A stretch of DNA of 64,000 nt from Octopus vulgaris (Eukaryota), in contig OX597831.1 of NCBI GenBank assembly GCA_951406725.2, forward strand, positions 4,774,001 to 4,838,000, given 5' to 3'. Each line of letters starts with the position of its first letter. Positions within the stretch are counted from its first letter, which is position 1. Both the position numbers and the translations under genes were made by a program. Of this stretch, positions 56,353 through 64,000 are shown piece by piece. The notes under the pieces are model-generated. The model saw nothing but the letters and a program-made list of their open reading frames with translations. It ran no database searches and was not told the origin of the DNA.

Positions 56353-56403
56353 AGCTTCTACAGGACTAGAACTGTTTCATTCAAAAGAAATCATCAGGAA
56401 GCT
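56353..56403 (-). ncRNA. type I hammerhead ribozyme, canonical core (inverted copy)
   Basis: exact reverse complement of 57529-57579. Confidence 0.85.
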
Positions 56404-56618
56404 AGGTGACAAGAGTAGTTTTGGCATTTATACATTTAGGCAGGTTTAAATGGTGGTGGGGGACTTTTTTTGGGTAGGCATGGCGCAAACTATCATTCTT
56501 AGGGGAGTGGTCAAAGGAATCGGTGGTAAAGTAGATAAAAGAATAAATAAAAGAATAAAAGAATAAATAGAAAAATAGAGTTTTAGGTAAATAAGGAGAC
56601 TCTCACTTATACATATAC

Positions 56619-56659
<41 letters not shown>

Positions 56660-56934
56660 TGTCCATATACACATACACACACACACACATACACATATGT
56701 ATACATATACATACATACATATACACACATATACATACATACACATATACATATATACACATACACATACGTACACATACACACATACACCCATATACAC
56801 ATGTACTTATGTACCCAAATACATGTATCTACGTACACGCCCATACCCATACTCATACATACACTTATATATGTCTACACACATATATATATATTAAAGG
56901 GGATATACACCCCCATACACACACGCTCCCATAT

Positions 56935-56969
<35 letters not shown>

Positions 56970-57272
56970 CACATATATTTACACACACCCATATACACAT
57001 ATGCACGTGTGTGTATGGGGGTGTATATCCCCTTTAATATATATATATATGTGTGTAGACATATATAAGTGTATGTATGAGTATGGGTATGGGCGTGTAC
57101 GTAGATACATGTATTTGGGTACATATGTACATGTGCATATGGGTGTATGTGTGTATGTGTATGTATGTGTATGTGTATATATGTATATGTGTATGTATGT
57201 ATATGTGTGTATATGTATGTATATGTATACATATGTGTATGTGTGTGTGTGTATGTGTATGTGTATATGTAC

Positions 57273-57312
<40 letters not shown>

Positions 57313-57528
57313 ATATGTATAAGTGAGAGTCTCCTTATTTACCTAAAACTCTATTTTTCTATTTATTCTTTTATTCTTTTATTTATTCTTTTATCTACTT
57401 TACCACCGATTCCTTTGACCACTCCTCTAAGAATGATAGTTTGCGCCATGCCTACCCCAAAAAGTCCCCCACCACCACCCCTTTAAACCTGCCTAAATGT
57501 ATAAATGCCAAAACTACTCTTGTCACTT

Positions 57529-57579
57529 AGCTTCCTGATGATTTCTTTTGAATGAAACAGTTCTAGTCCTGTAGAAGCT
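57529..57579 (+). ncRNA. type I hammerhead ribozyme, canonical core
   Basis: AGCTTC-CTGATGA-t-TTC-tttt-GAA-t-GAA-ACAG-ttctagtc-CTGT-A-GAAGCT; predicted cleavage after GUA (57573); TATAAA at 57500 and AATAAA at ~57590. Confidence 0.85.
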
Positions 57580-57661
57580 CCTTCTATAAAATAAATTAAT
57601 TTACTCTGCTATGTATTGAGTACCTTATTTACTGTGGTTAACCCCGACTCAACCCGGGACC

Positions 57662-57787
<126 letters not shown>

Positions 57788-57794
57788 TATTCCC

Positions 57795-58350
57795 CATTAC
57801 CACCACCATCACCACCACCACCACATCATCTCCACTCCCCACCACTAACGCCACCATCATCATCTCCACCCCCACCCCCACCACTAACGCCGCCATCATC
57901 ACGCCACCATCATCATCACCACCACCACCACTACAACCATCATCTCCACCACCACTATCACCATCATCCCCACTAACACTACGACCATCACCAACACCAC
58001 CACCACTACCGCCTTCACGCCCCCACCACCACAAGCCGTATCATCACTACCATCACCATCATCAGCACAGTCATTGCCACCATCGTCTCCACCACTACTA
58101 CCACCATCAGCCCTACCATAACGAGCAATATCATCACTTCGGCACCACCACCACCACCATGAGAATTACTATCCCGAAAATAACCACCACTACCACCTCC
58201 ACCACCACAACACGACATCCATCAATGCTGTCACACAACCACCTGCAATAACAACAACAACAACAACACCTTTAATAACAATGACAGCAATAACTCTACC
58301 ATTAACACCATCGCCCTCATCACAACATCATCTTTACAACCATCAATACC
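57795..58350. repeat. (CAC)/(CAT)/(CAA)-rich low-complexity tract
   Basis: direct inspection. Confidence 0.85.
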
Positions 58351-58569
58351 ATTCTCAATAAATTTGGAAATTCTTTAATCTGGTTCTGACTTTTTGTGAA
58401 CTTCCTAAGTCTGCCTTTGGCGAGATTTGAACTCATGACAATGAGGTAATGAACTGAAAAAAGGCAAATCGTTCGCCTTTACGTTCTGCTGTTCTAAAGC
58501 CATCTTGCCTTTCCTACTCCTACTCACACCCGCCTTCTCATCCCACTGTCAGGCATTAACAATCAGAGA

Positions 58570-58634
<65 letters not shown>

Positions 58635-58973
58635 CGACAGACAGACAGATAGACAGATAAACAGACAGACAGACAGAGACAGACAGAAGACAGACAGACA
58701 GACAGAAAAAGACAGACTGAATGTAATAAAGGCGAAGGGAGTCAGAGCAAGATTGATGGACGAAAGGGTAGGAGGGGGAACAGTGTAAATATTTATCTGT
58801 ATATTAGGGGTCAGCTGTGTTATATAGGGGACATAAGGGGACATAGTAATGACAGTGTAAGGAAACACTGCCTGAAGAAGAAATACTGAGATCAGGGATT
58901 ATCCAAGTTTTGGTTCTACTGAACATGTACTCGAACACATGCGTGGATTTATATAATGTTTCTAGTGTGATTC

Positions 58974-59015
<42 letters not shown>

Positions 59016-59181
59016 TTTGTGTGAGTGTATTTATTTATGTGAATGTGTGGAAGTGTGTAAATATGTGTATATTGTGGAAGGCTTATTGTAAACATACATT
59101 TTAATGAATATGCACATTAAAGACCTCCACACACCATAAGCGAGTATATATATATATATATATATATATACATACATATAT

Positions 59182-59493
59182 ATCACTGTGATCACCGTGA
59201 TCGACCAGGCTATCAGATGTCGTTACACGTCGCTGGTCACAATGCGCTGCGCGTTGTTTTAGCCTTCAAATGACGCCAACCCCACTGGCTAAGCGAGCAG
59301 GCCAACAGAAGGAAGAATGAGAGAAAGTTGTGGCGAAAGAGTACGGCAGGCATCGCTACCACCCCCTGCCGGAGCCTCGTGGAGCTTTAGGTGTTTTCGC
59401 GCAATAAACACCCAGAACGCCCGACCTGGGAATCGAAGCTGCGATCCTACAACCGCGAGTTCGCTGCCCTAACCACTGGGCCATTGCGCCTCC
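59182..59493 (-). mobile_element. tRNA-derived SINE, family B, full length
   Basis: minus strand head GGAGGCGCAATGGCCCAGTGGTTAGGGCAGCG..TTCGATTCCCAG; homologous to 4234-4506. Confidence 0.9.
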
Positions 59494-59508
59494 AATTATA
59501 TATATATA

Positions 59509-60352
59509 CTAGCAGAATTGCCCGGCGTTGCTCGGGGCTGAATTGCTTGAAAGTACTGTTAATGATTGCACTGAATTATGATGATTATTCAGGCAAATAT
59601 TGAAATAAGCTTACGGTGGGAGATAAGGACTTAACGCCAAACGTGTGCCATTGCATTGTTTTGGGGGAACCAAATTTCTGATGAGCATTATAGGGGCACT
59701 AACTTTAAGTTTGAGAAAGTGTGGTGGTAGTCCGGGGTGCTCAAAGGAATTGAGTACCTCTATTGGATAGTTGATGACGTCCTCTGGGTCAGGAGTTGTA
59801 TCGATAGACTGATATACATCGACTTCCCCAGGAATGAGTTTTAGCATTTCATCATTAATATGGTGAACAGTTTTATTCCTCGGGGCCAGTATAACCTTTT
59901 TGCCAATCCAATCCATATTCTGATAATTAGCTTGTAAATCTGGGAACACTGCATCTCTGAGATCAGAAGGCGTCTTAACAATGGTACAAATGGAATCGAT
60001 GGCAATATTACCATTTTCATCCCCTGGTATTTTGCCTTCGCCAAGTGCAAGGAGGGTGTGAGGAAATGCTGCTGATGTGATATTACGTCGCATATGAGCA
60101 CGCATATTGGTGTGAAGTTTGAGAGTTACTTCCGTTTATTTTAAAAAATATGCATTAAAATGGAAAAAAATGATGGTAAATTATTTGTAAAATCATAGAC
60201 TCATCGTAGACGCGCGCTAATACCCAGAAGGGCTCGATATGAATCACGACTATAAGATACCTGGTTTTGGTTAAACTGCATCGCAAAATGTGGGAGTAGT
60301 TAGGAATCTAAATCGGAGTAGACAGACACACAACCTTTCTTTTATATATAGA
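59509..60352 (-). mobile_element. Helitron, internally deleted
   Basis: minus strand begins A|TC at 60352 and ends with a hairpin plus CTAG|T at 59509; carries a helicase fragment in the same orientation. Confidence 0.9.
59611..60125 (-). pseudogene. Helitron RepHel Pif1-family helicase fragment
   Basis: NMR..LLALGEG..VFPDL..ILAPRN..V..IN..YPIEVLNSFEHPGLPPHFLKLKVSAPIMLIRNL..CNGTRL. Confidence 0.92.
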
Positions 60353-60411
60353 TACATACATACACACACACATACATACACACACACACATACATGCATA
60401 CATATACACAT

Positions 60412-60993
60412 AAACCGAGTAAAAAATTTCAGTTATCTCTCTCTTTCACACATTACTCTCTCTGTCTCTTCACACACACTAACAGAAGCACTTCACTTAC
60501 ACAACATACTGTCTGTCTCCCACACTCCATCAAACACACACACACATGTACATCAATGAGTCCCATGCACGGTAACTTCAAAGGAACTTCCCTCGTCATA
60601 CAATCGCTTTCTCTTAGTCTCTTTCGCTCTCATTACTTATGTAAAAAAATAAAAGTTTTTTCTATGTGTGTAAAGAGGAAGTGGGAGGCAGAGTGAAAGA
60701 ATCACTCACTACAGTAAATGAATTACTTTCATTTTATTCCTTGCCCACTGTGTGTGTGCGTTTGCGTGTGGTGTAAACCAGACTAAGAAAAGCATTTGAC
60801 ACACACACCAGAATGTGAGTTTTCTGTAAATTTTGCTTAATTGGAGTTTAAATTTTAAAAACTGGACCTGGCATGACGCGATGCATTGTACTCTTAAAAC
60901 TGCCAGGTAAATTGTAATTGAAGAAATCCTATATTGTAGATTTGTATAACTCCCAAAGGGAGGCAGATAAAATCTGCCTTTTATAATAAGAGA
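60412..60993 (-). mobile_element. possible 5' part of a second non-autonomous Helitron
   Basis: minus strand begins A|TCTCTTATTATAAAAGGCAG, a Helitron-style 5' end; no 3' end of its own seen. Confidence 0.35.
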
Positions 60994-61001
60994 TTTCGCA
61001 A

Positions 61002-61211
61002 ACGTGGCTGTGTAATGAGAAGCTTGCTTACGAACAACATGGTTTCGGGTTCAGCCCCTTTGCAAGGCACCTTGGGCAAGAATCTTGCACTATAATCTCG
61101 GGCCGCCCAAAGCCATATGATCGGATTTGGTAGACGGAAGCTGAAAACGAGTCGTATATATATATTTCCATATATATGTATATATACATATATATATATA
61201 TACATATATAT

Positions 61212-61280
<69 letters not shown>

Positions 61281-61510
61281 GATATATATCTGTGTGTATG
61301 TATTTGTGTCTGTAATTGCTCTCCATCATCGCTTGACAACCGATGTTAGTGTGTTTACGTCCCCGCAACTTAGCGGCTTTGCAAAATACACTAATGAAAG
61401 AAGTACCAGGCTTTAAAAGTATAAACAACGTGGTTGATTCATTCGGCTAAAAATTCTTCATGGCGGATCCCCGTTATGGCCGCAATCTAATGACTGAAAT
61501 AAGCAAAAAA
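61002..61510 (+). mobile_element. SINE family A, diverged full length
   Basis: CGTGGCTGTGT..GCTTGCTTAC..GGGTTCAGCCCC..GGCACCTTGGGCAAG.. through ATGGCCGCAATCTAATGACTGAAA. Confidence 0.88.
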
Positions 61511-62645
61511 TATTTTTAAAAAAGGATAAAAAATAAAGATACATATGTAAAGTAAATGACCCTCCAAAACAACAAATTCCAAGTTTACCATATTCTTCAG
61601 CATTCAAATCGATGTAGTCTATAGCGTTACTATTTTTTTCAAACCTTACTGCCTTTCACATAGAATTTTTGATCCTCCAGAGTTGTCCTGGTGTATAAGT
61701 AGAAAATACGTTTTCGGCGGTAATTGTTGCTCTAAAATATTCGATTGGAAAATACGATAATATATGTCAGCCATTTCTATTGATGGTGGTCGTTAGCAGG
61801 AGATATTGATGTTAAAATGACTCCAGAATTATAATGAATATCACAACATAACATTGATGCCATAGAATGAAGAGAAGACTAACAAAGCAAAAGTTATAAA
61901 CAGATGAACCAATGCCAGATTATTGGAAATTAAATAGTTCACATAAAACATATTAAACTGAAATCTGTCGGACGTTTTGCGTTTTGCGGCATTTCTCTCC
62001 CCGTGTGACTATTGCGCACATCATAATTATTTATAGATTTCACGAACAACAACCTTCTCGGTCATACATTAGGCCACACAAAAAGCAATGGTAAAAGATA
62101 TTAATGGATATAATTATTCAGATGATTAGCAAAATAATGTTTTGTTTCTTTTAATCATTAGAATCAGCAAAATGAGTAAATAAAAATATAAACAAATTCT
62201 AGATAAACACGCTTGTAGACATTTTAATGAAATATACAGGCACACACATTCTTTTAATTTCTCTTTATTCGCTCTCACTCTCTCTTTCTCTCTTTCTCTC
62301 TTCATTTGTGTATGTATGTACACACTCCCCTACACAGATATAGTATGAAATACCACACAACATTGAGTCGAATTGCCTGTGAAGATGGGTGGGTGATGTA
62401 ATGCATTTGTGCGTGTTTGTGTGTGTTCAAAACTCGATAATTCTTGTATATCAAATAGTTATATGTTTATAAACTGGAAAACAACTTCTTTTATGAGGAA
62501 CGTATACCCAAAAATTACCATTTATATATATATATATATATATACACACAGACATTTATATACGTATATATGTAGATATATGTATGTAGTCGTATGTATA
62601 AATGTATGTAATTGTACATATATATATGCATATATGTATACATAT

Positions 62646-62694
<49 letters not shown>

Positions 62695-62750
62695 CACAGA
62701 TATACATATATATCCATATATATATATACGTGTCTGTGTACATAAATGTA

Positions 62751-62782
<32 letters not shown>

Positions 62783-62960
62783 AGCACAAATATATGTGTA
62801 CATGTAAATACAGATATATGTATGCCTTATACATATAAACACAATTATATGTGTACATGTATATACAGATATATATGTATACCTTTGTATATACATATAT
62901 ATATATGTATATATATATATACATACATACATACATACATACGTACATATATATATATAT

Positions 62961-62999
<39 letters not shown>

Positions 63000-64000
63000 T
63001 GTGTGTATGTCTTTCTTTTAGGTATATGCCTACATATAGATATGTGTGTATCTATTTTATTTAGGTATATACATTCCTTAAGAATGTTTTGCAGTTTACC
63101 AGTTTTTCATTTTCCTGTAAAAACAAGGAAACTTCATAAGACAACCCCGCCATCAACACCCCAACCACTCCCACCACCACCACCACCACCATTGCTACGT
63201 CCGTCACTACACAAACACAAACATACCAGACCCCCCCCAAAATTATCTCATAAGGGGGTGACCTCAGAAGAGGCCGGGTGAAATGTCGAAGGTTGATAGG
63301 AATTAGTTTCTATTAGTTTATAGATTTTGATTGTTTATAGACGCAATTGTTTCAGTTATCAAACAACAACAACAACAACAACAGTATCAAATATAGGAAT
63401 AGTAACAACAACAATAACAAGAACAATAACAAGAATGAGAAGTGAAACGAGTAAATATCATTGTGAACCCAAATATCTCTTGTAGAAAATAAAAAATAAT
63501 ACAAGTAAATAAATAAATAAAAAGCCAGGGAAAACTCACCGGAATTAGATTAATGTATTTTAACTCCTTTTTTCTAAACAATATCAATAAATATAAAGAG
63601 AGTGAAAGGGGGAGGAGAAGGGAAGAGAGGGATAATATAAAAGGAAGAGTGTGAGAGAGAGAGAGAGAGAAAGAGAGAGAGTGGTAAGGAAGGATGGAGA
63701 TGACGGAAATGAGATACAAAGAAAGACGTGGTGGGGGTGCCTGAAAACAGAGGATACCCTTGCAGAAGGAGAGAGAGAGTGAACGATACACATACATGCA
63801 AAAATACATATATATGTATATAAGGATATATATATATAAAGAGAGAGAGATATCGACAAAGAGAAGGATAGAAATAAAGAAAAAAGTATGTAGTGAAATA
63901 AACATACAGGGTGAGACATATATATATATATATATATATATAGTATATATATAGTATATATATATAGCGTGTGTGTGTCTAAACGTTCATTTATATATAT

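Larger units (their letters stand above)
56337..57595. repeat. ~590-bp inverted duplication (arms ~56337-56925 and 57005-57595) carrying a Penelope-like terminal repeat
   Basis: arms are near-exact reverse complements, including irregular microsatellite sequence; spacer ~80 bp. Confidence 0.92.

Overview
Repeat-saturated, AT-rich animal non-coding DNA. The SINE families present suggest an Octopus (coleoid cephalopod) genome, which is an inference. I found no convincing host exon, and almost all ORFs in the track are microsatellite artefacts. Between (TA)n/(CATA)n/(TAGA)n/(CA)n tracts lie many tRNA-derived SINE copies from at least 4 families, a CR1-group LINE 3' end sharing its tail with the main SINE, mariner remnants, Helitrons (one with a Pif1 helicase fragment), MITEs and a 37-bp hairpin minisatellite. 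Two things stand out. (1) More than a dozen type-I hammerhead-ribozyme-like motifs sit in short Penelope-like terminal-repeat elements attached to (TA)n. They often occur as inverted fold-backs and have family-consistent non-canonical cores (CUGUDGA, CCGANGA) or very large stem II inserts. (2) A ~2-kb TSD-flanked element encodes only an L1/Tx1-type ORF1 with a CCHC knuckle and is inserted in the tRNA head of a SINE, which is itself inside a MITE. All calls were made by eye and boundaries are approximate.
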